Shown piece after piece: positions 36,300-49,579 of a stretch of 64,000 nt of DNA (positions within the stretch are counted from its first letter, which is position 1; each line of letters begins with the position of its first letter). A model generated the notes under the pieces. The model was not told where the DNA came from. It was given only the letters and a program-made list of their open reading frames with translations, and did not search any database. A program made the translations under genes and the position numbers. The stretch lies in the NCBI RefSeq assembly GCF_963921235.1, contig NC_086108.1:84942001-85006000 (forward strand), given 5' to 3'. This DNA is from Mobula hypostoma. Taxonomy: Eukaryota.

Positions 36300-38922
36300 A
36301 ATATATTGGCGAGATCCAACGCAGGCTGGGAGACTGTTTCACTGAATACCTACGCTCTGTCTGCCAGAGAAAGCAGGATCTCCCAGTGGCCACACATTTT
36401 AATTCCATGTCCCATTCCCATTCTGATAATGTGTATCCACGGCCTCCTCTACTGTCAAGATGAAGCCGCACTTCATCTTAGCAAGGGCCTCACTTCTCTC
36501 CCCCTCTGTCCACACCTCAGTGTGTTCCATTTCCACCATGACGCTGAACTCTTCTTCTGTTGCCTATGTTTCCGAGCCTACTTCTTTGGCAAGGATTCCC
36601 CTCCCCCTACTGATGACCTCTTCTCCGGTCTTCAACCCTCCTCCTCCTCCTGGACACCCTGCCCAGGCCTTCTACCTGCACTCGATCTTTTTATCTCCAA
36701 CTGTTGCCGAGACATCAACCGTCTCAACTTCACCATTCCTCTCTCCTGTTCCAAACTCACTCCCTTTGAACACACTGCCCTCCACTCTCTCCGCACTAAT
36801 CGCAACATCACCATCAAACCCGCTGACAAAGGTGGTGCTGTAGTAGTCTGGCAGACGGACCTCTACCTCACTGAGGCCAAATGGCAGCTCTATGACACCT
36901 CCTCTTACTTACCCCTGGAACAGGATCCCACCAAAAAACATCAAACCATTGTCTCCCGTACCATCACCACCCTTATCAACTCCGGAGACCTTCCATCCTC
37001 AGCCACTAAACTCATAATTCCCACACCCCGTACCGCTGGGTTTTACCTCCTCCCCAAGATCCACAAGCCTGACTGTCCCGGTAGACTCATAGTTTCTGCC
37101 TGCTCCTGTCCCACCAAACTTGTATCTGCCTACGTGGACTCCATTTGTCACCCATAGTTCAGTCCCTCCCCACCTACATCCGGGATACACCCCATGCCTT
37201 CCACCTCTTCAATAACTTCCAGTTCCCCGGTCCCAACCGCTTCATTTTCACTATGATGTCCAATCCCTATACACCTCCATTCCCCATCAAGAAGGCCTCA
37301 AAGCCCTCCGCTACTTTCTGGATAATAGACCTCACCAGTTCCCCACCACCATTACCTTCCTCCAGTTGGCGGAACTGGTTCTCACACTCAATAACTTCTC
37401 TTTTGGCTCTTCCCACTTTCTTCAGGCTAAGGGTGTAGCTATGGGAACTTGCATGGGCCCTAGCTATGCCTGCCTCTTCGTTGGTTACGTGGAACAGTCT
37501 GTGCTCCAAACCTATTCTGGTACTGCTCCCCAACTTTTCCTTCAGTACATTGACGACTACATCGGAGCTGCTTCCTGCACCCATGCTGAGCTCATCAATT
37601 TCATCGACTTTACTTCAAACTCCACCCAGCCCTCAAATTCACTTGGTCTATCTCGGACACTTCTCTCCCTTTTCTCGATGTCTCGGTCTCCATCTCTGGA
37701 GACAGACTGTCCACTGACATCTTCTACAAGCCCACTGACTCTCATAACTACCTCGACTATACCTCTTCCCACCCCGCCACATGCAAAAATGCCATTCCCT
37801 ATTCCCAGTTCCTCCGTCTCCGCCGCATCTGCTCCCAGGACGAGGTTTTCCATTCCAGGTTATCTCAAATGTCCTCTTTAAGGATCGTGGTTTCCCTTCT
37901 GCTGTCATCAATGATGCCCTCACCTGCATCTCCTCCATTTCCCGCACTTCAGCCCTCACTCCATCCTCCCGCCACCACAACAGGGACAGAGTTCCCCTTG
38001 TCCTCACCTACCAACCCCGCCAGCCTCCGGATCCAGCACGTTATCCTCCGCAACTTCCGCCACCTTCAACAGGACCCCACCACCAAGCACATCTTTCCCT
38101 CTCCACCCCTCTCCACTTTCCACAGGGATCGGTCCCTCCCCACGGATCTCCCACCTGGCACTTATCCCTGTAAGCGGAAGTGCTACACCTGTCCCTACAC
38201 CTCCTCTCTTGCCACCATTCAGGGCCCCAAACAGTCCTTCCAGGTGAGGCAACACTTCACTTCTGAGTCTGTTGGGGTCATCTATTGCATCCGGTGCTCC
38301 CAGTGCAGCCTCCTCTACATCGGTGAAACCCGACGCAGATTGGGGGACCGCTTCGTTGAGCACCTCCACTCCATCCACCACAATAAACAGGATCTCCCGG
38401 TAGCCACCCAATTCAACTCTGCTTCCCATTCCCATTCAGATATGTCCATACATGGCCTCCTCTACTGCAATAATGAGGCTAAACTCAGGTTGGAGGAGCA
38501 ACACCTCATATACCGTCTAGGTAGTCTCCAGCCCCTTGGTATGAACATAGAATTCTCCAACTTCCAGTAATTCCCTCCCCCTCCCTTCCTTTATCCCTAT
38601 CTCACTCTGCCCCCTCCCCCAGCTGCCTATCACCTCCCTTATATTTCCGCCACTTTCTACTACCCATTGTGTTTTCCCCTATTCCTTCTTCACCTTTCCT
38701 GCCTATCACCTCCCTGCTTCCCCTCCCCCACCCCTTTATCTTTCCCCTTACTGGTTTTTTCACCTGGAACCTACCAGCCTTCTCCTTCCCACTCTCCCCC
38801 CACTTTCTTTATAAGCCTCTGCCCCTTCCCTCTACAGTCCTGACGAAGGGCTCCAGCCCAAAACGTCGACTGATCGTTTCAACGGATGCTGCCTGACCTG
38901 CTGAGTTCCTCCAGCATGTTGT
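36300..38922 (+). mobile_element. Second-subfamily Penelope-like element (RT plus GIY-YIG, decayed), preceded by a GIY-YIG fragment at 36300-36475
   Basis: LSKGL, KPADKGGAVVVW, FYLLPKIHK, GVAMG, QYIDD, CKRKCYTC, VIYCIRC..LYIGET. Degenerate hammerhead at 38835-38872. Confidence 0.93.
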
Positions 38923-38925
38923 GAG

Positions 38926-39440
38926 CGAAGCCACACTCAGGTTGGAGGAACAACACCTTATATCCCGTCTGGGTAGCCTCCAACCTGATGGCATGAACAT
39001 TGGCTTCTCAAACTTCCATTAATGCCCCACCTCCGCTTCGTACCCCATCCGTTATTTATTATTATATATTTTTTTTCTCTCTCTTTTTCTCCCTCTGCCC
39101 CTCTCATTATACTCCTTGCCCATCCTCTGGGATTCCACTCTCCCCCTTTCTTTCTCCCTAGGCCTCCCGTCCCATGATCCTTTCATATCCCTTTTGCCAA
39201 TCAACTTTCCAGCTCTTAGCTTCATCCCTCCCCCTCCTGCCTTCTTCTATCATTTTGGATCTCCCCCTCCCACTTTCAAATCTCTTACTATCTCTTCTTT
39301 CAGTTAGCCCTGACAAAGCATCTCGGCCCAAAACGTCGACTGTACTCTTCCTATAGATGCTGCTTGGCCTGCTGCATTCACCAGCAATTTTCATGTGTGT
39401 TGCTTGAAATCCAGCATCTGCAGATTTCCTCGTGTTTGCG
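38926..39440 (+). mobile_element. Penelope 3' fragment (endonuclease C-terminus, pseudo-LTR, full tail)
   Basis: EATLRLEEQHLISRLGSLQPDGMNI. Degenerate hammerhead 39301-39342. Confidence 0.85.
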
Positions 39441-39530
39441 CATTCACAAAAGGAAGGTATGAGTTTAAGCAACACACATCAAAGTTGCTGGTGAACACAG
39501 CAGGCCAGGCAGCATCTCCAGGAAGAGGTA

Positions 39531-39572
39531 CAGTCGACATTTCAGGCCGAGACCCTTCGTCAGGACTAACTG
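39531..39572 (-). ncRNA. Minimal hammerhead ribozyme with stem III ACGU changed to AUGU
   Basis: Reverse complement cagttagtcCTGACGAagggtctcggcctGAAATGTCgactg. Confidence 0.7.
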
Positions 39573-41479
39573 AAGGAAGAGTGAGTGAGGGATTTGAAAG
39601 TTGGAGGGAGAGGGGGAGGGGGAGATCCAAAATGATAGGAGAAGACAGGAGGGGGAGGGATAGAGCCGAGAGCTGGACAGGTGATAGGCAAAAGGGGATA
39701 CGAGAGGATCATGGGACAGGAGGTCTGCTGGGAAGAAAGATAAGGTGGGGGGGACCCAGAGGATGGGCAAGAGGTATATTCAGAGGGACAGAGGGAGAAA
39801 AAGGAGAGTGAGAGAAAGAATGTGTGCATAATTATAAGTAACAGATGGGGTACGAGGGGGAGGTGGGGCCTTAGCGGAAGTTAGAGAAGTCGATGTTCAT
39901 GCCATCAGGTTGGAGCCTACCCAGACGGAATATAAGGTGTCGTTCCTCCAACCTGAGTGTGGCTTCATCTTTACAGTAGAGGAGACCATGGATAGACATG
40001 TCAGAATGGGAATGGGATGTGGAATTAAAATGTGTGGCCACTGGGAGATCCTGCTTTCTCTGGCGGACAGAGCGTAGATGTTCCGTGCCTATTCTGGTAT
40101 CTGTCCCCCACTTTTCCTTCGCTACATCGACGACTGCATTGGCGCTGCTTCCTGCACGCATGCAGAACTCGTTGACTTTATTAACTTTGCCTCCAACTTT
40201 CACCCTGCCCTCAAGTTTACCTGGTCCATTTCCGACACCTCCCTTCCCTTTCTAGATCTTTCTGTCTCTGTCTCTGGAGACAGCTTATCCACTGATGTCT
40301 ACTATAAGCCTACTGACTCTCACAGCTATCTGGACTATTCCTCTTCTCACCCTGTCTCTTGCAAAAACGCCATCCCCTTCTCACAATTCCTCCGTCTCCG
40401 CCGCATCTGCTCTCAGGATGAGGCTTTTCATTCTAGGACAAGGGAGATGTCTTCCTTTTTTAAAGGAAGGGGCTTCCCTTCCTCCACTATCAACTCTGCT
40501 CTTAAACGCATCTCCCCCATTTCACGTACATCTGCTCTCACTCCATCCTCCCGCCACCCCTCTAGGAATAGGGTTCCCCTGGTTCTCACCTACCACCCCA
40601 CCAGCCTCCGGGTCCAACATATTATTCTCCGTAACTTCCGCCACCTCCAACGGGATCCCACCACTAAGCACATCTTTCCCTCCCCTCCGCTCTCTCTGCA
40701 TTCCACAGGGATCGCTCCCTACGCAACTCCCTTGTCCATTCATCCCCCCCATCCCTCCCCACTGATCTCCCTCCGGGCACTTATCCGTGTAAGCAGAACA
40801 AGTGCTACACATGCCCTTACACTTCCTCCCTTACCACCATTCAGGGCCCCAAACAGTCCTTCCAGGTGAGGCAACACTTCACCTGTGAGTCGACTGGGGT
40901 GATATACTGCGTCCGGTGCTCCCGATGTGGCCTTTTATATATTGGCGAGACCCGACGCAGACTGGGAGACCGCTTTGCTGAACATCTACGCTCTGTCCGC
41001 CAGAGAAAGCAGGATCTCCCAGTGGCCACACATTTTAATTCCACATCCCATTCTCATTCTGACATGTCTATCCACGGCCTCCTCTACTGTCAAGATGAAG
41101 CCACACTCAGGTTGGAGGAACAACACCTTATATTCCGTCTGGGTAGCCTCCAACCTGATGGCATGAACATCAACTTCTCTAACTTCTGCTAAGGCCCCAC
41201 CTCCCCCTCGTACCCCATCTGTTACTTATTTTTTATGCACACATTCTTTCTCTCACTCCTTTTTCTCCCTCTGTCCCTCTGAATATACCTCTTGCCCATC
41301 CTCTGGGTTCCCCCCACTTATCTTTCTTCCCAGACCTCCTGTCCCATGATCCTCTCGTATCCCCTTTTGCCTATCACCTGTCCAGCTCTTGGCTCTATCC
41401 CTCCCCCTCCTGTCTTCTCCTATCATTTTGCATCTCCCCCTCCCCCTCCAACTTTCAAATCCCTTACTCACTCTTCCTT

Positions 41480-41521
41480 CAGTTAGTCCTGACGAAGGGT
41501 CTCGGCCTGAAACGTCGACTG
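41480..41521 (+). ncRNA. Minimal type I hammerhead ribozyme, intact core
   Basis: cagttagtcCTGACGAagggtctcggcctGAAACGTCgactg. Confidence 0.85.
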
Positions 41522-42713
41522 TACCTCTTCCTAGAGATGCTGCCTGGCCTGCTGCGTTCACCAGCAACTTTGATGTGTGTTGCTTGAATTTCCAGCATCT
41601 GCAGAATTCCTGTTGTATGAGTTTAAGGACTGGACTAAATTAGTGGACTAATTAAGGACTGGACCCAATTACAAAGGGCTTGCAATTGCAACTTATTTTG
41701 TCCCTTCCCTACGTCAGGAAACACAGGTGTGCTACTTTTACTCAGGATGCATTAAAACAGAACACAATAAGCATTTATGTAAATAGGTGGAAACATGCAG
41801 ATATTCTCACAACACAGCAAGACCTGTATGCAAAAATACGAAGAACAATTAAAAATGTTTCTTTCATATTCAGATTTGGAAAGTAAATATTTGGGACGTC
41901 TTTCCCTTTCTATAGATCATAATGCAGGTTGAACCATACATTCACAATGATTTTCAAATTTGAAATGAGATTCTCCAAGTCTTGACATACTTCCAAGATT
42001 TTCATTTCTGAAATACTTCTTCTGAACAAAAAGATAAAATGTTAGTTATGGTGTATCTTTATTTTGCTATAATATTCAACAAGCCAATATTCACAGAAAA
42101 TGATAAACATGTTGAGATTGCCCATGGCCAACAATAACAAAGTAATTTGAATTTTCAGAGCTGAATGTGGACTCACAGAGGAATCAGAAGTGGAGAGAGT
42201 GAGCAGCTTCAAGTTCCTGGGTGTCAAGATCTCTGAGGATCTAACATGGTTCCAACATATCAATGTAGTTATAAAGAAGGCAAGACAGCGGCTATACTTC
42301 ATTAGGAGTTTGAAAAGATTTGGAACAGTAACAAATACACTCAAAAACTTCAATAGTTGTACCGAGGAGAGCATTCTGACAGGCTGCATCACAGTCTGGT
42401 ATGGAGGGGCTACTGCACAGGACCAAAAGAAGCTGCAGAAGGTTGTAAATCTAGTCAGCACCATCTTGGGTACTAGCCTACAAAGTACCCAGGACATCTT
42501 TAGGGAGCGGTGTCTCAGAAAGGTAGCGTCCATTATTAAGGATCTCCAGCACCCAGGGCATGCCCTTTTCTCACTGTCACCATTGGGTACAGAAGCTTGA
42601 AGGCACACACTCAGCGATTCAGGAACAGCTTCTTCCCCTCTGCCATCCAATTCCTAAATGGACACTGAATCTTTGGACACTACCTCACATTTTTGAAAAA
42701 AAATATAGAACAC

Positions 42714-43660
42714 TGATCTGGATGATGATGTGGTAAATTGGATCAGCAAATTTGCTGGTGATACAAAGACTGGAGGTGTAGTGGACAGTGAGGAAGGTTT
42801 TCAAAGCTTGCAGAGGGATTTAGACCAGCTGGAAAAATGGGCTGAGAAATGGCAGATGGTGTTTAATACAGACAAGTGTAAGGTATTGCACTTTGGAAGG
42901 ACGAGCCAAGGTAGAACATACAAGGTAAATGGTAGGGCACTGAGGAGTGCAATAGAACAGAGGGATCTGGAAATACAGTTACAAAATTCCCTAAAAGTGG
43001 CATCACAGGTAGATAGGGTCGTAAAGAGAGCTTTTGGTACATTGGCCTTTATAAGTCAAATTATTGAGTATAAGAGTTGGAATGTTATGGTGAGGCTGTA
43101 TAAGGCATGGGTGAGGCCAAATTTGGAGTATTGTGTACAGTTTTGGTCACCAAATTACAGGAAGGATATTAATAAGATTGAAAGAGTGCAGAGTAGGTTT
43201 ACAAGGATGTTGCCGGGACTTGAGAAACTCAGTTACAGAGAAAGGTTGAATAGGTTAGGACTTTATTCCCTGGAGCGTAGAATGAGGGGAGATTTGACAG
43301 AGGTATATAAAATTATGATGGGTATAGATACAGTGAATGCAAGCAGGCTTCTTCCACTGAGGCTGGGGGAGAAAAAAAAACCAGAAGACATGGGTTAAGG
43401 GTGAAGGGGGAGAAGTTTAAAGGGAACATTGGAGGGGCTTCTTCGCACAGAGAGTGGTGAGAGTGTGGAATGAGCTGCCAGAGCAAGTGGTAAATGTGGG
43501 CTTACTTTTAGCATTTAAGAAAAACTTGGACAGGTACATGGGTGAGACGTGTATAGAGGGATATGGTCCAGGTGCAGGTCAGTGGGACTAGGCAGAAAAA
43601 TGGTTTGGCACAGACAAGAAGGACCAAAAGGCCTGTTTCTGTGCTGTAATGTTCTATTGT
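42714..43660 (+). mobile_element. Young CR1 3' fragment, same subfamily as 8899-13076
   Basis: ORF 42730-43398 is nearly identical to the RT C-terminus at 12110-12900. Confidence 0.92.
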
Positions 43661-43737
43661 TCGTTGGTTCAAAACAAATATACAGTATTTCTGTTTTTGC
43701 ATTTTTAAAAATCTATTTAATACATGTAATTGATTTA

Positions 43738-44908
43738 AGCAACACACACAAAATGCTGGTGGAACGCAGCAGGCCAGGCAGCATCTATCGGAAGAAGTGC
43801 AGTCGAGGTTTTGGGCCAAGACCCTTCGTCAAGACCAACTGAACGATGAGATAGTAAGAGATTTGAAAGTGGGAGGGGCAGGTCTGAAATGATAGGAGAA
43901 GACAGGAGGAGGAAGGATGAAGCTAAGAGCTGGAAAGTTGATTGGCGAAAGGGATACAGAGCTGCAGAAGGGGGAGGATCATGGGATGGGAGCCCTAGGG
44001 AGAAAGAAAGGGGGAGGGGAGCCCAGAGGATGGAAAGCAGGTAAGGAGTGATTGTGAGAGAGACAGAGAAGAGAAAAAAAAGGGGGGGAATAAAAATAAA
44101 TAAGGGATGGGGTAAGAAGGGGGAAGAGGGGCATTAACGTAAGTTAGAGAAATCAGTGTTCATTCCATCAGGTTGGAGGCTACCCAGATGGAATATAAGG
44201 TGTTGTTCCTCCAACCTGAGTGTGGCTTCATCTTGACAGTAGAGGAGGCCGTGGATAGACATATCAGAATGGGAATGGGACGTGGAATTAAAATGTGTGG
44301 CCACTGGGAGATCCTGTTTTCTCTGGCGGACGGAGCGTAGGTGTTCAGCGAAACGGTCTCCCAGTCTGTGTCGGGTGTCACCAATATATAGAAGGCCACA
44401 CCGGGAGCACCGGACACAGTATACCACCCCAGCCGACTCACAGATGAAGTGTTGCCTCACCTGGAGGAACTGTCTGGGGCCCTGAATGGTGGTGGGGGAG
44501 GAAGTGTAAGGGCAGGTGTAGCACCTGTTCTACTTACAAGGATAAGTGCCGGGAGGGAGATCAGTGAGAAGGGATGAGGGGGAACGAATGGACAAGGGAG
44601 TCACGTAGGGAGCGATCCCTACGGAAAGCAGAAGGGGGAGGGAAGGAAAGATGTGCTTGGTGGTGGGATCCCATTGGAGGTGGCGGAAGTTACAGAGAAT
44701 TATATGTTGGATCCGGAGGCTGGTGGGGTGGTAGGTGGGGTGGTAGGTGAGGACAAGGGGAACCCTATCCCTAGTGGGGTGGCAGAAGGAAGGGGTGAGA
44801 GCAGATGTGCGTGAAATGGGAGAGATGCATTTGAAAGCAGAGTTGATGGTGGAGGAAGGGAAGCCCCTTTCTTTAAAAAAGGAAGACACCTCCTTCGTCC
44901 TGGAATGA
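43738..44908 (-). mobile_element. Penelope 3' fragment (RT C-terminus, GIY-YIG, pseudo-LTR)
   Basis: ORFs 44134-44460 and 44530-44889. Approximate TSD taattgattta and taatttattta. Confidence 0.9.
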
Positions 44909-45254
44909 TAATTTATTTATTTATTTATTTATTTTTCTCTGCTGGATTATGTATTGCATTGAACTGTGGCTGCTAAGTTAACAAATTTCATATCACATGC
45001 TGGTGATAATAAACCTGATTCTGATTCCTGTCAGTATCTTGAAGCTTCAGTACAAATGGTAGAGACAATGATTGCAACTGGTATTTTTTGTGACTTCAAC
45101 AATTCAGTTTTCTGCGCAAAGGAGCTTCAGTTGTGAGGCAAGACTAAAGTGAGAACCATTGCTGTTGGTATAAACTTATTGTGTCACATGTAGCAGTATA
45201 CAGTGAAAAGCATGCCTTGCCTATGTGCAACTTGCACATCCTTCAGCAGACTCA

Positions 45255-45538
45255 CGGGGCACCACAGAAGCGTAATGGTTAGCACGCTTTACAGTAGCAA
45301 TGACCCTGAGTCATTTCCCACTGCTGCCTGTAATGAATTTGTACGTTCTCCCCGTGACCGCGTGGGTTTCCTCCGGGTGCTCTGGTTTCTCTCGACAGTC
45401 TAAAGACATACCAACTAGTAGGATAATTGGCCATTGTAAATTGTCCAGTGATTAGGCTAGAATTAAATCAGGGGATTGCTGGGGAGCTTGGCTCGAAGGG
45501 CCGGAAGGCTTATTCCACAATAAATAAATCAATCAATG
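45255..45538 (+). mobile_element. tRNA-derived V-SINE (HE1-like)
   Basis: A-box-like gcgtaatggttagc. V-domain gtacgttctccccgtgaccgcgtgggtttcctccgggtgctctggtttc. (AATA/AATC)n tail. Confidence 0.8.
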
Positions 45539-45829
45539 ATATTTCACAAGTTAAATGTCAAAACCTTATTTTTCTCTTCATGGATGTTGTTCATACAATT
45601 CAGAATTCCAGTAATAACAAGAAAAATATTTAGCTTAATTATAATTGTGTTTGAATTGTCAAACTCACTAATAACAAGAGTTGTCTTGTCAGATTCACAT
45701 GTTATGACCCCAGACAACCTTATTTTATGTTTTAAAAGGGCTTAAATTCTTCAGTGGACAGTATTTTTGAGTTGTAACCAGTCACACAAGCTCACACTTT
45801 CTAAGTCCAGAGCACTGACACTTTCTGTG

Positions 45830-46405
45830 TGTCGGGTCTCTCAGTAAGGCTAACTGCTAAGGCTAATGTAATGGCTTCTCTGTAATGTTAACTGCTGAAG
45901 TAATGGATTTTCTGTAGCAGCGATGTTTGGGTTATAACTACAGATAACGTGTGGCTAGCCAATGGGAGAGATCTTATTCTTTTTTGTATGTCTGGGAGCC
46001 AGGGTTTTTCGGTTGAAGAGAGTGAAGAGGAAGGATGAGTGCGGAGAGCGCTTGGTGATCACCGGACAGCGTATACGGGAATTCGAGGGTCCGGAGGTCA
46101 GCAATGTTTCGGTGGAGTTCATTTATGAAGGAATACCTGAGGCGTGAGCTCCAACGATTTTTGTGCATGAACTATTTAATAAAAGTGGTGCCTTTTTCTT
46201 TTATATTTTGTTTTTCTACTAACCACATAGCAAAGAGATATAAAGTGTAATCATTTAATCGCATATTGTGTACTTCGGATATTTTGCATTGTGGATTTGT
46301 ACTAGGGTTCATTACACAGCATCCACCCAAACTTGAATGCCCTGTTTGACAGGGCCGAAAGCTGATTCCCCTAGATGAACACGAGGACAAGCCTAGTGGG
46401 CTACA
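45830..46405 (+). mobile_element. Probable solo LTR (576 bp, Gypsy-like)
   Basis: TGT...ACA termini, 4 bp TSD tgtg at 45826-45829 and 46406-46409, AATAAA at ~46178, internal short tandem repeats, CpG-rich middle. Confidence 0.55.
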
Positions 46406-49400
46406 TGTGCAAGAGTGAAAATGAATACATCAGCTTTCCAATGCAAACAATTTTCAGAAGTGAAGCTATAGAACAAAAGGAGTGATATAGTATTTAAAAT
46501 TCAGCTGTAGAAGATTCTGACCACCCTGATAATCAATTACTTCGAATGGGATTAGGACATATGCCACCAAAGTGTGGATAATGGTAGAAATCCAAGTGAT
46601 CAGAGTCTCAGAGGAAATTTGGATCCTCGGAAGATAGCAACATTTACAATCTGATTATTTTGAGTGCTGAAGATTAGCATAACAAAGAAAAATTGCCCAG
46701 CAATTGAAAATATAATTTCTTTGAGTAAACACAGTTGGCTAGTGAAGTGGGGTTTTTAAAAGGCACAGCTGGAACTGATCACATTTAATGTTTTTAAAGG
46801 AAATTGCACATTTAGCTGCAGAAGAGAAAATAGTGCTGAACCATTTCAGCAAATAGATTTACATCTTAACTTACACCTTTGCCATTTTCAGTCAATTTAT
46901 GCTCAGTAACTCTGGAGTAAAAATTCACTACCCTTTGGGTGAAATGTTTTCTCACCTCTGTTCTGAAGGGCTGGCCCACTAACTAAACGTGCTTCTTTAG
47001 ACGCCATCTCCTCATCTACCCCATCACAACCCATTCGAATATTTGTACATTTCAATGAGAACACCTCAAATTCACCTGAACACCTGAGAAAATAAACTCA
47101 ATTCGCTTAACAGGATTTACTCTCTGACTCCAGGAATCATTACTGTGAACTTCTGTTGCATTCCATCGACTGCAATAACCAGTGCAGACTCACCAGGTAC
47201 AATATGGCCTTCTCATTCCTTATAGAATAGCCTTTTACTACCACTCCAAAGATTGCAAGAGATTTTCTAATGCTTCCTTTCTCCCAGTACTGTGATACAG
47301 CTAATCTGAGAATAGTAAATTATAAGGCTTCAAACTCAACATTTAAAATCTTACTTAAAGACTGATTTGGTGAAAGAGCAAAGGGAATAAATAGTGTCAC
47401 AGTCAGAACACTTCAGCATAGAAAGAGGTTCTTCAGCCTATCTAGTCTATGCTAGTCTGGCAAGTCCAATCTACATGCACCAGGACCACAGCCCTCCATA
47501 CCTCTCTCATCCACGTACCTATCCAAATTTCTCTTCAATATTACAATTGAACCTGCATCTACCACTTCAATGGCATCTCATTCCACACTCAAATCACCCT
47601 CTCAGTGAGGGGGTTTCCGCTCAGATTCTCCTTAAATATGTCAGCTTTCATCCTAAACCAATGACCTCTACTTCTAGTCTCACCCTCTCTGCGAGGAAAT
47701 AAACCTACATGCATTCACCCTGACTACCCCTTTGTATACATTTATCAACATCTCCCCTCATTCTCTGCACTCCAGGGAAAAAAGTCCAAACCCTTTTCAA
47801 CCTATGTCGGAACTAGGTATTTTTTTTAAATGCCAAGACCCAAGACCGGAGTCCAGTAAAAACAATAAACAAACAAAATAAAATACTGAAGGTCTGAAAG
47901 GCAGAGAACTCAATGTTGCAAAATAACATACTGAAATTTGAATCTTCACCTGCTTATTGTGATTGAAAAGATGGTAGAAATCATGTTTCACAGAAATATA
48001 TTCAATCCAAAACAAAACATTCAATCATGGTCATCATAATTTAACAATATTTAGGAAAACAAAAAAAAAAATCTGATGAGGCTTTGCCTATGCTCTGTTT
48101 TAATTACCGAGTTTATTTATTTTTGGCTCCTATCATTTCAATTCCTTATCCTTATTCTGAAAACTCATCCGCTGAAATTTCTCACAATTAGGTCCTAGCA
48201 AAGGTATTGCTATTGTCTACCAATAAACTAACTTGAATATTGTGGCAATGTCATGGGACCCTTTATCAAGATGGGGTAGCTGGGTAAAAATCACTGAAAG
48301 AAATTGCCTCTTCCTTACCTGCTTTCAGTGGTGATTTTACCCACTGCGGTTAGGGATAGGGAGGTGGTGCAGTAAACTGACCTCCATGGCCCCTTGATCC
48401 CCTGTAGCCTGAATAACTCCTAATCTGGGTTTTCAGACAGTACATTACTAAGGAAGTACTACAGTGCTCGCAATATCTTTTTACAGATAGCAATCACAGG
48501 GGATTATTCAATAAGGAAGGGCTAATCCAGTACTATTTTGCACAACATCAAGCAAAATAGTCTACCTAATTATTTAATTGCTCTTTTGCTAAGACTCACA
48601 TTCCACAACCTTGGTGGAGGGTTCACTTGAACAGAAAGCAAATTCAACTGTGTCATTTCTGGCAGTTATCAAGCACTCTCACCTCTAAATAGGAATGCCC
48701 CTGCTTTATTCTGTAGCTCAGGCACATACACAACAATCTAAACTGGCACTCTAGTGCAACACTGCATTGTCAGTAGCGATGGCCTCAATCTCTTTTTGGC
48801 AAATTAAAAGCACATAAGATTGCATACAATATCATGCATTAAAAAAACTGGTTCACTGCCAGGAAACAGAAAGGGCTACAGTTTTTCATAATGTTGTACC
48901 TCAGATTTGAATGAGGGAACCTAGTGTAACGTTTGCTGACAACAAAAATACAGGTGAGATTGCAAGTTGTAAGGAGCATACAAAGAGACTTGATGGTAAT
49001 TTGGAGAAGCTGAGCAAGTGAATACAAGGCCAATGCAGTAAAATATGGATCGGTATAGTATTACATTATTGATAAACTTAGAAATGCTGAAGCACAGAGG
49101 GCGTTTTTTTTTTCAGATGCAGTAAGCAATTAATAAGCCAGGCAATGCATTAGCCTTCATTGCAAGACGTGCCATTAGAAACACGGATATCTTTCTTCAA
49201 GTTTACAGGTTCTTTGTGAGATCAATCCTACAGAACTCAAGCTACACACACATAATGCTGAAAGAACTCAGCAGGCCAGACAGCATCTATGGAAAAGAGT
49301 ACAGTCAACACTTCAGGCCGAGACCTTTGGGTCAACAAGACTGAAAAGCTGACTGTCGACTTCAGAAAGGGTAAGATGAGTGAAAACAAGCCATTCCTCA

Positions 49401-49579
49401 GGTCTCAGCCTGAAACGGCAATTGTGCTTGTATGTCTTGCTAGAGAACTCAGTTTTGGTCTGTCAAAGAGGATAAACCTGTTGCAAAACCAGTCCAACGA
49501 AACTTCTCCAATGGATTCCTAGAATTCATTCATATCAACATTATCAACTCCTGCCTGAGAAACGACATAGATCTGCTCC

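Larger units (their letters stand above)
39470..41614 (+). mobile_element. Penelope insertion with inverted 5' copy (39470-~40080, minus) and body (~40078-41614, plus); perfect 13 bp TSD
   Basis: TSD gtatgagtttaag at 39457-39469 and 41615-41627. RYIDD through GIY-YIG coding. Inversion junction microhomology atgttc. Confidence 0.93.
42172..45030 (+). mobile_element. Rex1/Babar 3' fragment whose 3' UTR is split by CR1 (42714-43660) and Penelope (43738-44908) insertions
   Basis: ERVSSFKFLGVKISEDLTW...KKARQRLYFIRSLKRF...ESILTGCITVWYG. Tail ataataaacctgattctgatt at ~45007-45027. Confidence 0.85.
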
